NCBI GenBank assembly: GCA_051362555.1
Contig: CM120647.1
Span: 8,680,001-8,744,000, forward strand
DNA: 64,000 nt
Direction: 5' to 3'
Source of the DNA: Lingula anatina
Taxonomy: Eukaryota > Animalia > Brachiopoda
Part shown: one piece after another, positions 47,751-61,161 of the stretch
How the letters are laid out: every line of letters begins with the position of its first letter
Position numbering within the stretch: the stretch's first letter is position 1
The notes under the pieces: generated by a model
Told to the model about the DNA's origin: nothing
What the model saw: only the letters and a program-made list of their open reading frames with translations
The model's database searches: none
Program-made: the position numbers and the translations under genes

Positions 47751-50700
47751 ACCCTTAAAACTTCCACTCCACAAAACTTGCGATTTCGAAAGTCGAAAAA
47801 AAAAGGGTTATACATTTTCTTAGTTCCCCACTCAGCTTGAAAACAAACGATCTACAAATTAAGGGACGGCAACTCCGTGTCATGAAACTGGACAAAACGC
47901 TCAGTGACTGACCCCTAATGCCCTAATGTGGCCAGTCCCTAGTTACCAAATCACTGCTGACCAATATGACCGCTTCAGTGGTCACAAACCGCTGACGAAG
48001 TGGCTGAAATAAGGCCAAGTCACCTCTTACTATTTTTATATAAGGCTATTAGCACGCCGTAATTGCTGATATATATATATATTTGGTGAACTAATGAGAA
48101 TTGAATTTTCGTCGTCCATTATTGATGCTTTTCTTCCGATCAGCTGTACTGCTCATGTGCGGCATGCTCTTCAAGCCAAATAAACTATTTCACTACTTGA
48201 TGAATTAAACAAACAAACCCAAGTTTTATCAATTTAGATAAATCAGAAGAATTGGGCCATAAAATGTATAATCTCACCCCTGCCAAGGACAGTTGAATTC
48301 ACAGCTGAAACCGTAACACTGAAAAATCAAGTCAGGTCCTTCTCAGTCAACAAGAAGTAAAACCACATGCTATTTTGTCTGAAACTCCGGCACCATCCGC
48401 ACTAAGAGAATCGTCTTTAGCACGTCTCTGCGTCGAGCATCGACTAATCTACCTCGTATCTATCTTAATATCATAAAATACAGAAAACACGACACATGTA
48501 CTTACCTATACGGCCAAAATGCGGTCGTTAGTCTCAATGCTAGACGGCTGGTTGGCCGTGACGAATGGGCATTTGTACACAGTGAGGTTTATTTACCGCG
48601 CGGTCGCTAATTGCCTACCCGTGTTGCCTCAATAGAACGCACAGAGGCCAGATATTGACTCGATACACATTTTTACCAATGACAATTACGGATTTCTCTT
48701 ATTCATGGCCGATGGCCCGCCTTTCACGGTGACGTTGCCCAAACATGTATGTTTACTCTAAAACTCAATACAAACTTCCCATTGGCATGTGAACAGATTT
48801 GTTACTCATATGCCCGGGCCCATGGTAATCATGATGTTGGCCAAACATTGAATTTATATGTTTGAAACACAAAGGCCAGTTTTTCAAGGCCTTGCAGGTA
48901 TTTTCATTATCCATATTCGCGGTTTGCAAGTATAACTGTTTTACCCTCTCGCTGTATCTTCACGTATCACCAGAAGGGCTGTAAGATGAAATACATGGGT
49001 TAAGTATTGCAGTGGGTTTACGTTTTCATTTTCAAGGGCTGTTTTTTTTTCTTTTCTTTTTTTTTTTTTTCGAATGCGTAAGACATTTTGTAAAGATTGT
49101 AATACCTTTAAGTGGACCCAATGCATACACACACAGTTGATCATAACCATGTTGGGAGGTTGTATTATTGAAGTAGGACTACACTGGTCCTAATACAAAA
49201 TATTTTACTCATATTCATTATAATACGAGGAAGCTGTGCCAATATCACTGATATTGGAGGCAAGGACTATTGTTTTTAATTAATACAATAATCTTATTAA
49301 TTATTTACATTGTACTTTATCTTTTTTATTTGCAAAATATAAAATAAGCCAAACTGACGTAAATTTCTTGCCTCCAGAAACAATTTTTGCCAAACGTGTA
49401 TGTTGGCATTTTAGCCATTTACATGGCAACCTTCGGTCATCATTGAGAAAATGAAAAAAGCAGAATCCTTGGGTGATTATTTACCTCGAAACAACAATTT
49501 TGACCTTACTGCATTGAACGATTAAAAAACATGTAATTAAATCCTTTAAGTAAACCCCTAACGCGATTAAACGCCTCGAGGCTTTCATGGACAAAAATTG
49601 AATTTGTCAATAAGTTGTAGAATTACGATATCGCAAACATTAAATCCCTTTTATCCTCCATAAAAACGCACAATTCATGTTCTAACTGAAAAGCAAACGC
49701 GATAAAGCCGGGGCTTTCATTTTAGAGCGCGTTAAGTTTTACTATCAAGCAGTGGAGGGCAAATATTACTGTTTACATGGCGATCAAGTTGAAACTCCGA
49801 GCCTAGTTCTCCCGCACTTTGGGCGATTGTAAGGCGTCAGAATAAGAAGAACATAGTGGTAAAAAAAAACAAATGAAATAAATTAAATTTGGCATATTAG
49901 AATGGACATTTTGGATATAGAGCTTTTAATGCTTATACTGTATACACGAATAATGTTGTTTTTTTTAATAAGGCCTACATCCGAAATCGAAAGACTGACG
50001 CAAACTTCTGCCTTACGTTTGTCTTCGAAAGATAAGGCAATAATGACACTACTTAAGATGATGCATAGGCAATGCCAACTCACCCAGACAACATTATTGT
50101 ACGAAAAATCGACCGGTGTAAAAATGTCACTGAAGATTGTGTATTGACTGTGATGCCTCTTACGTGCAATAACTGTTAGATTCGCATTTCATCATGATCA
50201 GATGAGGCGAGAAAAAAATTCTATTGATCGAAGCGGAGACAGAATTACGACATCCTGATTGCGGGCCTAGGATGTTAGGTGTCGCTTCCATCGCGACAGT
50301 ACGCTTCTTTTGGTAAAACTGGATAAAGCGCTGTTTACCTGTCTGTTACACGGCCTTACATTTCTATGATTTTCATCTTTTATTTTTTTCTTCTATGATA
50401 ATAAAATGCAAAGTTTTCAAGTCGATTAACCATGAAAAAAGCCTACACACGCGCACAAATCAGTGCACACACGTGCAAAAAGGAGAGTGGGACAAAACAT
50501 GAGCAGAAGCAGAACTCGCTATTTATCTTTTTTTTTGCCAGATTCACTGGAAACGCGCACCTTACACCATTTAGCCTACCCGTGTCGCTGAACGATGACA
50601 ATTCTCATAGAGCAAACAAAGCAGCATCGCGCGTCGACAAATAATCAATACGAAATAAAAGACCGGTTATTCTCTCCACGGATGTCAGCGTGTTTTCCCT

Positions 50701-51120
50701 TCCATTGTGGCTGCCCAATGAAACGGACTTAATGGTCAATGATTAACAAACACATCAGTGTGAGCACCCAGAGACGCTATTGTGTGGTAAAGAGATCAGG
50801 TACCTCGAAATGACGCACGACGGAGGACTTCTAAGTGGCTGCCTGCTTTTAAAAGCTGGCGATCCAAAGCCACAAAATAAAGGCAGTGTCAAAGTAATTA
50901 GCTAGGCTTATTTCGCCAGTTATTGGCCCAATCTGAGAGTGATCTGGGGTCATTGATGAATTGATGAAAGTATTGAAAACGGATATGGAAAAATTGATCA
51001 GTTTTAAGATCTGTTTTATATATCTGTATGTTGATATATCTGGCTTCATTGTAAGGGTATGCCCCGTATCCATGGTGCACCTGTACCATAATAAACTGAT
51101 TCGGTGGCGAGGTGAAATTC

Positions 51121-51174
<54 letters not shown>

Positions 51175-51544
51175 GTGAGCAAGAGAGAGTGGAAAATGAT
51201 AAATAAAATATTTCAAAAATATATGCAACCTCAGATATTCAAAGGTGCTTGATCAGAATCTACATGTACGGCACCAAATACATTTGTCTGCATATGTATT
51301 GCGAGAGGTGTTATTACGGAGGGGAAAAATGAACATTGAAAACTAAAGCAAAGTGTCCTGTGTTTGTGATATATTGGTGATATTTGCTGTCAGATCAATC
51401 AGGTCTGTTAAATCGATCTCAACCTTATAGCAACCTTATAGCCAATATCGATCGTGTCCTTGAAAAGACACTAATCTGGGGCATTTAACATTAATGTTGG
51501 ACCCAGGATTTGCCAAGGGGAGTAGTACAAATATTTAAAAGAAA

Positions 51545-51587
<43 letters not shown>

Positions 51588-52479
51588 CAATAGAAGACGG
51601 GAATTTTACTGTAATAATTTCTCTCATAACCACACACCCTCCTCTTGCGAACATCAACACGTGTTTGACTGCGTTGTGGCTGGTTAAATTGCTACAGATG
51701 TGCTCTAATTACCTTTCTCAACTACCACAATCCTTCACAAGCTACCACAAGCCTGGCGTGTCTGGTCTGAAAACAGCAATTTAAAAATATGACCATCAAG
51801 GGTCCGTTTCACAGATAAACCCCAGCCCAATTTTTTAGACCGCAAATTTGACCCCTTTCCGTTTAAGATAAAATCCTGTTCCTCTGAAATGAAGTAAAAA
51901 TATCGCTCTGAGATGTTGCGTGTAAATGTTTATGTAGCTATGCTTTTCTTCTTTTTAAACGGACACACAATCTCATTTAGAATTGTTTTGAAAAGACTAA
52001 AAATATACAGTCTTATGTATACTTTTTTGTTTTAGTTTAAGTCGTGTGAAAGACGTTCAAAGTATTTCCTTATACATTTTCACTTAACACAATTAAACAG
52101 TAAAAGTAAAAGTAAAACAGTAAAATTAAACAGTAAAAGTATTGTTCTAAAATGTTATCTGTAAATCTAGAGCCTAAATGTACATGAAGCTATATGCCTT
52201 TCTTCTTTTTAAACGGACAAACAACCTCATTAAAAAAAGAAACATAGAAATGAATCCCTTTTTTAGTTTAAGTCGCGTTACAGGGAATCGAAGTTTTCCT
52301 AATTTTTTTAAAAAAAATAGGAGGGTATCAGATAATAAAATCCCCGTATCCTGTTAAGCCTTCATATATTTTAAAAATCATCAGACAATATTTTGAAAAG
52401 AACAAAAGGGAACGCCAAAATTGGGAACTTCCTTATTTCACTGGCATTCTGACAAATAAAAACAGGCTGATAAAAGGAG

Positions 52480-52620
52480 TGACATTCCGGCCTCGTGACC
52501 CCAGCGTGTGACCTATTTTCCAACTTTCAGCCAATCCAATGCAAATCAGTTCCCTGTCGTGGTAAAGTTCGACGAGGGAATAACAAGCTTCCGGGTTGGG
52601 TTTTCCGAAATTTTGGTCGA
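52480..52620 (+). promoter_or_regulatory. Probable promoter of a + strand gene
   Basis: Local CpG enrichment, tandem CCAAT at 52531-52540 and ETS-like CTTCCGG at 52588-52594, upstream of an exon ending in GCG|GTAAGT. Confidence 0.55.
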
Positions 52621-52707
52621 GATGTAGCGCTGAAAGAATCCTTATTTGTGACCGCGACGATATTTGACAGTCCTAGAGGTCGTTCTGTGCGTATTACGAT
52701 CAACACG

Positions 52708-52767
52708 ATGGCTGGATTTGGAGAGAAAACGATGTTTCTGAACGTTTCCTCAGTGATTTTATTTGCG
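52708..52767 (+). CDS. Probable first exon (coding or uORF-bearing) of an unidentified gene: MAGFGEKTMFLNVSSVILFA
   Basis: Good Kozak context (acgATGG), 20 codons and a consensus donor GTAAGT at 52768. Confidence 0.45.
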
Positions 52768-53155
52768 GTAAGTTTAAAAAGTTATTATAGCCGCTACAGC
52801 GTGTAAGTGTTAATGGTGGCACCCCTGATGCCAGTCTCGAGATCGTTGGTCAAGATTAAGTGTGATGTTTAACGAGATAACTGCTGTTATAGTCCGAGGG
52901 TTAATTACTTTATAGGGATTTACTGTAATACGGCATTTTAATTGGCATTGTAATCCTTCTGTTTGATATCGATTTACTAAAGCGTAGCAAGCCCATTGTA
53001 TCCATACTTATTACCCCACATTTGCATTTCAAAAGTAACTGTAAACTGTAGTGCTAAAGTATTTAGGTTACCCTTAGGCTGATACAAGGTCCTTATTTAA
53101 GGTGTTTATATATATACATTTATGTCCTAGTACTGATATGAATAATACATCTGAG

Positions 53156-53202
<47 letters not shown>

Positions 53203-54550
53203 GTGATTAAATGAATTAGAATAAATAAAAACAGAAATGAAATAGAAAAATTGAAAAGATAAAGAAAAGTAAGAAAATGAATGTAATGATGTAACAATAC
53301 AAATACTGATTTTGAATATTTATTGATCATCAGAAACATTTTAATATTTGGAACTCGTGTCATATTCTGTGTGTATGAAATATAAAACAGTGTGCATTTG
53401 TTTTGCATCAAAACTGTATGTGTGTGAGTGTGTTTGTATGTGTGTGCATGTATGCGTGTACATGTGTGTGTTTATGCATGTATGTATATGTATGTGTGTG
53501 TATGCATGTGCATGTGTGAGGGACGTCTGTGTATATGTGTGTATGTGAATGTATGTGTATGTGTCAGAGAGAAAGAGAGAGAGTGTGTAACACAATCCCA
53601 TCTGACAGCCAGACTTTCTATTTGAGAGTAATTATGAATTAGGCCAATTTTTTTTTTTTTTTTTTTTTTTTGGGGGGGGGGGGGAGGGGAGGGGAGGGGG
53701 GGAGAAATGACAAGTAATTTAAGGTGATATTAAAAATAGTAGCATGGATGTTATTTCAGAGAGGTCAAGTGTATGTTTTTCTCCATTGATGTCCTCAAAA
53801 TTGTTGATTGTACCCATTAACCAATTTATCAAAAAAAAAAAAAAAAGATGTTTTTTTTTTTTGCCATACAGCAAATATCAGCTTAAATGGAGTCGGCATG
53901 ATCAAAGATATCACCTTTTCACACAGCTATGTAAAGGATGTCAACTTAACAGAGTGTTAATTGGAAGTAGTCACTGATAAAATTACTATTAATATATTGA
54001 TAATTTAACACTCTGGAGTACAACTGAGTGCATTTAATGTTTGTAAAAGGATTCATGACATAACTGTCTGAACTCAAGTATTTATTAAGGGTTAATAACA
54101 TTGATATTTTCATATTGCTTTATGTCAATGAAGAATAGTATGTATGAAAATGTATTATGATTTATGAAGAAAGGTGGAGTGCATATAATTGGAAGGGGGG
54201 AAATAAATAAAGTAATTGTCATCTCACACACTTAGTGTACAATAGCAGCAAAATATGATATGTGCTAACATTTGCCAATATAGCCAAGTGCTAAAACCAA
54301 CTTAAATTGGCTAATTAAAATTGTGTTGATTTGACTTGTTTTAGTCTTTTTTAAACTACTTGGAGAAAAAAAGTGATGAAAAAGTAGTGAATTAGCTAAT
54401 TAAGGCAGAAAAAAAAATGGTAGTGCTTTCCTGCAGTTTTACCCTCTTTTTTTTCATAGTTTTGTATCAGAAAGACTTCATATAAATATTTATTTATTTA
54501 AGTTAATTAAGCTAAATAAGATTTGAAATAGTTGGGTACATTGCTATTGG

Positions 54551-54811
54551 CAGTGGTGGGTTTATGGGGGGGGGTCAGGGGGGTCCTGCCCCCCCCCCCC
54601 TTTCATTTCTGGTCCCCTCTTGAAATTAGAATTCTGACTAGTTGAATTATAGTTCTAAACCATACCAAATGGCACCGTTTGCCCTCTAAAATACCAAAAA
54701 TTTTCGGGGACCTTCAGCGGGCCCCAGATCCCAAGCCAAGTGGGGGGGGGGGGGGGGGGTCAGTTTCATATTTGCAGACCCCCCCTTCAAATAATCCTGG
54801 ATCTGCCCTTG
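54551..54811. mobile_element. hAT-like MITE (same family as 19465, inverted)
   Basis: CAGTGGTGGGTTTATGGGGG ... TTCAAATAATCCTGGATCTGCCCTTG; both flanks contain TATTGG. Confidence 0.65.
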
Positions 54812-55205
54812 TATTGGCCAAGGGGAATTTTACTTATGCACTCTTCCAAGAATACTTAGACAATCCTCTCCAACTTCCTCCCACACAAATATGGAGACAA
54901 AAACAATGTTGTGTAATCAGGAATGTGTGTTAGGGTTATATGAATCATAAAACTAATACTCATCATAATTATAAAAAATTCCTACGGCTTGACGGAAAGC
55001 TGTTGGTTTATGTGTACATGTACGCACCATTCTTTTTGGTTTATTTCTCGAAGTCAGTGGTATAATGAAGTAGAACTACGGTAGTTGAATTAAGACATTA
55101 TGGGCTCTAATGATTGACACTTAGGGCAGGATATAAAATTTGGTATTTACCTTGTTAAGCACTGCATTAATTTGCCAGCATGTTGCTAAAATAGTCTATC
55201 ACTGG

Positions 55206-55249
<44 letters not shown>

Positions 55250-56118
55250 GGGGTATATGCACTTGTAGTGCCGTAATAAAATGGGCTCAGGCATCATAAA
55301 CAGTGGTTTCCTTTTGCCATCTCCAGTCTTGGTTTTATGAATGCACATGGCAAATTAACGACTCAATAAGTAATACTATGGCGCAAACACAAAATTAGTG
55401 ATATGAATATCACACATAAAAGAGCGTGGACAATTTGGCTAGCTTTCATCTGGGTCTCTAGCTGTTTACGTTTGGGTTCTTTTCTCAACCCCGAATTATT
55501 TTCAGTAAAGGAGCAGGGGTGGATCCAGAATTATTATCTGACAGTCTTTCAAGTTATCTTTGTTGATTCATCCTCCATTTTTGACCATCTTCTGACATAA
55601 AAAATAAGAGGCCCTTCTATGTAAACTTGAAAAATTCTGACAGTCTTTCGATGACCCACATACCTAATGTACCAAACAGGTAGGTAAGCTTATTAAGGTT
55701 TTGTGATTTGCATTGCCACTAATTTTATGTTTGTGCCATGATATTGCACTTTGAGCCATTAAATCATCATTTGCGTACACAAAACCGAGCCTTGAGATCA
55801 AGAACGTCCAGCTATTTCTTTAAAAAGCCCTGGAGGTGCTTTTGTACAGTGTCTTTGTGTGCATATGCAGTATAAAAATGTTGTGTGGATGCATGTTGAA
55901 GGTGTCATAACTATACAGTAGCAATAACAAAGTCAAAAGTTCAATATAATTGTGGTCCACCAAACCGGCCATTATACTCTGTTGTCCTTTGACATTTAAA
56001 CTGAAAGCATTGTATCTTATCTATAATTGTTGATTAACCCAACACATTCATCACACCTTAACCTTTCCACTTAAATCGTAGTTTCTGATCAGTAATAAAC
56101 AGAATAGACAGGGGTTAA

Positions 56119-56331
56119 GGTCACTTTCGAAACAAGCTGATATGCAGACTAACAGATTCCCAAATCAAATACGGCCAACCAACTTGAAAGTTTGCCGCAT
56201 AATCCCTAAAAGACAATGAATAGATTCTCTGAGGGGATTATGCAGCAAGCTTTCAAGTGGGTCAGCCATATTTGATCTGTGGATCTGTTAGTCTGCAGAT
56301 CAATTAATTAGCTAAGGTTGAGAATATGGCC
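56119..56331. mobile_element. MITE family B, TAA TSD
   Basis: taa|GGTCAC..GCAGACTAACAGAT..CTTGAAAGTTTGCCGCATAATCCC / GGGATTATGCAGCAAGCTTTCAAG..ATCTGTTAGTCTGC..TATGGCC|taa. Confidence 0.8.
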
Positions 56332-56580
56332 TAACACTGAATGACTATTCCAAAAAAGAATCTGTCCATTTAAACCATTGTATATCATTTTAATTAAAAT
56401 TACGAAACCACTCATAGAGCACAGGCCTCCGACAAGATATGATTAACTAATAATTAACCATAAATAAATTAATGAGTAATTAGTGAATGAATGGATCATC
56501 ACCTTATCACCTTTAAATTTGCCCATTGATCCTGAAAATTTGATCAAAATCCATTCAAGCAGACAAAATTGGGTGAAAAT

Positions 56581-56780
56581 TACCCTCTACCAGGGCCACA
56601 GTTATTATTATGTGAACATTTTTTCTGAGGCTAGTAACTGATATAACTACTTCCAAAATCACTCAGCTTTGAACCCAAATAAACCTTATCATACAGATAA
56701 AAGTCGCCATTTTAACCAAGGACATATCTGTTCATAAATATCCAGTGAAAGTTGAAACTCAATCTATGGCCTTGGTAAGT
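56581..56780. mobile_element. Tc1/mariner-type MITE, second copy of the 4309 family
   Basis: TACCCTCTACCAGGGCCACAGTTATTATT ... ATCTATGGCCTTGGTA. Confidence 0.65.
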
Positions 56781-57235
56781 GAAAGCTTACGGTGTAACCT
56801 CCGAGATGGAGGTAATAAACTTTGGAGACACAGAGGCATTTTAATGAACTGACTGCTTTGCAAAAGAACTCAAGTCTGGAAATTTTTTTCTAAACTTTCA
56901 GACCAGGATTTGAGTAAACTGTGACCCAGAGTAAGTTAATGGCAGTAATACTACACCTTTGTTATAACAAGGAAGATATCATAGCAAATGTTTCACTCCG
57001 ATATGAACTGAAGTTGGTTTATCTTGAAATTAAATATATAGATTTTTGGCTTTTCTTCCTTTCTTTCTTCCTTTTTGTTCCGTGAAAGGCTTAATTGTGA
57101 GTTGTATTTGCGCTTCTTTTTGTGTCAAAAATATTCAACTGTATGGTTGCTGGATTTTGGATTAAATGTAAAAAAAGATTAGGAAAGATAATAATGAAAT
57201 GAAACGGAATTTATAAAATAGAAATGGGGATTTCT

Positions 57236-57284
<49 letters not shown>

Positions 57285-57931
57285 GGGGGGGGGGAAGGAG
57301 GATTTTTTTCTTACTGTTTCTGACTAATTATTTCACTGCAGTGTTGTACATGTGTCTGATACCCAGGCAAGGGTAACATGGGGCTTGTAGAAATTTTGAT
57401 ACAATCTCATGGTATGAGCACACTTGCAGTTCAGCATAATTAAGTAAAGGTTGAGCAATCTATACGAAAAAATTTAAAAGATATATATTCACATAGGGGG
57501 CAAGGGGGGGGGGGAATTAGAGAGTGGGATGACTTGTACATATGTAAATCAAAAGAGTTTCATTTAAAGTGTCAAGGAACCAGTTGCTTGTTAAGAATAC
57601 TTAAAACACTAAGTTAAAAATTAAACAGGTAGCAAAGAGTTGGGAGAACTTTATCTGAAATGACCCATATTTATTATAAGGTTGGTCTTTCACCTGCCTG
57701 CCAGTCCAGTATGTAGTAGCAATGGCGACGTTTACACTGCCCTTATCAAGAGAAAGTGTGTGATGTCCATGAACGTGTTTATCTGCGAATAAAGATTAAA
57801 ATGTTTACATTAGAAGCTTTTAACATTTATTGTTTTTTTAACTGTGTTGATTACAATTAATCTAATGGGTACACAGCACATTCATCGTATGCCTAGGTTT
57901 ATTAAGATACTTGATGATGGCATTTAAGACC

Positions 57932-58083
57932 AGGGCCCCGTATCTCGAAAGCATCACACATTGTGACCAAGTGCAAATGTCTTGATTCCATAACTCGCCC
58001 ATACTCGCCCCATATATTACACTGTAGCCTCTGTGTGATATCGCTATTCGCCATATGCCATGCTTTCGAGATACAGGGCCCTG
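57932..58083. mobile_element. MITE with ~24-bp TIR
   Basis: CAGGGCCCCGTATCTCGAAAGCAT ... ATGCTTTCGAGATACAGGGCCCTG. Confidence 0.8.
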
Positions 58084-58710
58084 AATTGAGTTTAATTTAA
58101 TGCATGCAGTCAGCTTTCTTTTAAAATTTACCTTTCACATACCTGTGTTAAGAGCCCATTCTATATTTAATCAGCTAGCTGACAGATTTAGGACATACCT
58201 TATAACAAATGACTAAATATTGGACAAAGGAAGAAAAACAAGCACTTGTTTTCATGCAAGCTTATCAGATTATGTATTTGAAGGACTTAAAAGTGTGTTC
58301 ACTGATATAAATATTTGAGAGAGAGAAAGGGAGAGAGAGAGAGAGAGAATGTGTGTTGGTCATTTTGTTATAAAGGCATCAGTAACTTGGCAAAGTGTTG
58401 TAGCCAAAATAACAAATTCAACACCAAATCAGTAAATATTATCGCCTTTAGCCAAGATGTTGGCATGACATTTTTCTAAGACTCTAACAGTCTGCTGACA
58501 GTAATCTCTCAGCTCACATTTATCTCATAAATTCTGATAAAATTTGAAAAAAAAAAATTAATTTTATCTCCCAAAATAAAGTTCTCAAAATAATTAAGTC
58601 CTGTTCATTTTAGAGATAATAATTTTAAGTTGCAGATAGATGTATAGGTGAAAAGGTAATGGCATTTAAAGTAAGGCAAATCCAAAATGTCAGATTGGAT
58701 TAGATTTTAG

Positions 58711-58809
58711 AGATTTATCAACAAAGAGATGATGTCGAACCAGGAACTTCGCCTTTGTTTGCCAGTGATAACAATTGCTATATTTGCTCAGGCAGTCTCA
58801 GGCGCCGCA
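58711..58809 (+). CDS. Candidate downstream exon encoding a signal-peptide-like segment, RFINKEMMSNQELRLCLPVITIAIFAQAVSGAA
   Basis: attttAG|...|GTATGT, 99 nt, open and in phase with 52708-52767, GC-richer than its flanks. Confidence 0.35.
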
Positions 58810-59080
58810 GTATGTACATAGTTATGGGAAATGTTGAATGATATATTTTCTTAAAGGTTTAAGAAGTCAAAATATAAGTCATGAAGGCCTTTTTAACATT
58901 GAGCATTGAGCGGTACCAGTACACATAGGTGTCGTGTGCATTGAGAGTGCCTTTATTAAAAATATTAATGATTATGATAATGATCATGATTATAATAGTA
59001 ATAACTTTTCACTTAAAATTGATCTGTTATACTTATTATTGACATTTGTATATCATCTTATGTAATGGTACATAATAAGG

Positions 59081-59118
<38 letters not shown>

Positions 59119-59595
59119 AGGTATAAAATTAAGAGGCTGGCCTTCAATATGATTTGTCAGAAGCTAATATAGATTGATATGAAATGAGAAATCAACATTA
59201 TTTTTAATTAGTAAAATTAGATCCAAAAGTTAAAGCCTGTGAAAAAAATGATAAAACAACTGAATTTTTGTAAAATTAGTAGTGATTTGCAATATTGTAC
59301 CTTTGGTCAGGTGGCTTGTGTATACTTTTTTATTTACAAAATAAATTGCTTTTGTAAAAAAAAATGGCCTATTTCCCCAGAAAGGATCGGATTCACTGTT
59401 GTTTACTGGGTAAATATATCCAGGAAGTTTTTAAGTTAAAAAACTCAAAGTTAAAAAAATATGGAGGAAGTACAAAGTTGTTGCTTTACTAAGAGCTAGG
59501 ATCCAAAATAAACTGGTTTTGGATTCCAGATAGAACAAAGCTGCTGAGTTTGCTGATGTTTTCACATCATTTGTTTAATACTACTACTTATTATT

Positions 59596-59626
<31 letters not shown>

Positions 59627-60342
59627 TTTTGGTGGGGTAGGGTTGGGGGGTGGACATCATCTCTCTTTCACCCCTCCTCCTAAACAGAAATGAAGTCTAC
59701 CTAGTATATCAGTTGCCCCCAAGAGGGCATGCCCCCAGTTGAGATGTGCCGTTTCCATTAGAGAATGAGCTCGAATGCAGTTATGTGCTTGGTTGGGGGT
59801 AAGGGGAGTGTAGTATCAAAAATTTTAGAAAGCAAAGTCATTAATCGTCACAGTCGGTGACATCGGTGGCCTCTTTGACAGCCCATTTCTGTCCACCTGA
59901 AGAAGTCTTTGTGATAATTTTAAAGGTTGACACAGTGATTTCTGAGTTTCAAATGGAAGCTCTGGTATGAGATTTAAATATAGGCGGGGGTTTTTTTTCG
60001 TAAATTTATGGTTACTCATATAAATTTTGTTCAACAGTACTTCTTTTCTTTCTTCATTTACCTCTGTTCTTTAATCTTCAGTTGGTGCAGCCCCTGGGCG
60101 AGCATGCATCGACTGCCTTCTGTCATTAGAGCAGATATTTTTAATTATCTTTCAAATTTGGCTGAATAATATGTATAAGTGAAACACTCTCAAAAACAGA
60201 TGGAATTTGAGTGAGTTATAGCTTGGGCTGCCCTTTTTTCTGTCTTTATGAAGAAGAATAACTTTGATTTCAAATTTGTCACATTTGCTAAAAATTTCTG
60301 TACCAGATTTTCAATGTACAGACAACATTATGCATGGTCTTG

Positions 60343-60378
<36 letters not shown>

Positions 60379-60452
60379 GGAAAGCTGGCACACTGAGCGT
60401 TTGCTTCGTGAAGCATTAAATTGAAGAAAAAAATCTTGACATGCTTTCCTCC

Positions 60453-60496
<44 letters not shown>

Positions 60497-61051
60497 ACCT
60501 CCATGCACAATTCACCATCCGCCGGCAATAGTTCTCATTATTGATTAGCCTTACCAAGGATATATACAACATTCTTGTTCAATTACGATATAGTCTACTT
60601 ACTTAAGGCTATAGTATGGTCTTAAGAATGAGGGCAAGTAAATAAAAAACAAGGCGTTATTTGAAAAGAGCTGTGCGCTTTGTGAAAAGATATGGGAAAA
60701 GTGGGCCAATGATACCTGCGTCTTCCTGGTCTGTTGAAAACTAGTTTAGTCCTGTTATATTTTTAATAAATCTTTAAAGATTTTGGTGTTATATATTTAG
60801 TATGTAGTGTTGATCAGTGCTTTCATAAAAAAAACAGATATTGATGTTGTATATAAAGTAGATCCGTGTTTTCATAGAAACATTAAAACAGAGATGTATA
60901 CAATTTTTATAGCTAAGTGCAGTCTGTAAGGTGTGGGAAAGTTAAAGACTCAGCTTCCTACTTTATAAAGCCAACTACAGTGTACCATGTGTTTATCTTT
61001 AAATAAACTTAAGCAGACCAAATTTCCCTCCCCCCCCCCAAAAAAAAAAAA

Positions 61052-61070
61052 ATATATATATATATATATA

Positions 61071-61158
<88 letters not shown>
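61052..61158. repeat. (TA)n microsatellite between two diverged ~100-bp direct repeats (60922-61024 and 61185-61292)
   Basis: GGTGTGGGAAAGTT and TTTATCTTTA.ATAAACT.AAGCAGACCAA occur on both sides. Confidence 0.9.

Positions 61159-61161
<3 letters not shown>

Noticed and set aside
57690-57792. Short frame ending ...KCVMSMNVFICE*, reminiscent of a C-type lectin C-terminus
   Set aside because: It lacks the WND motif, a convincing acceptor and upstream lectin exons; probably chance.
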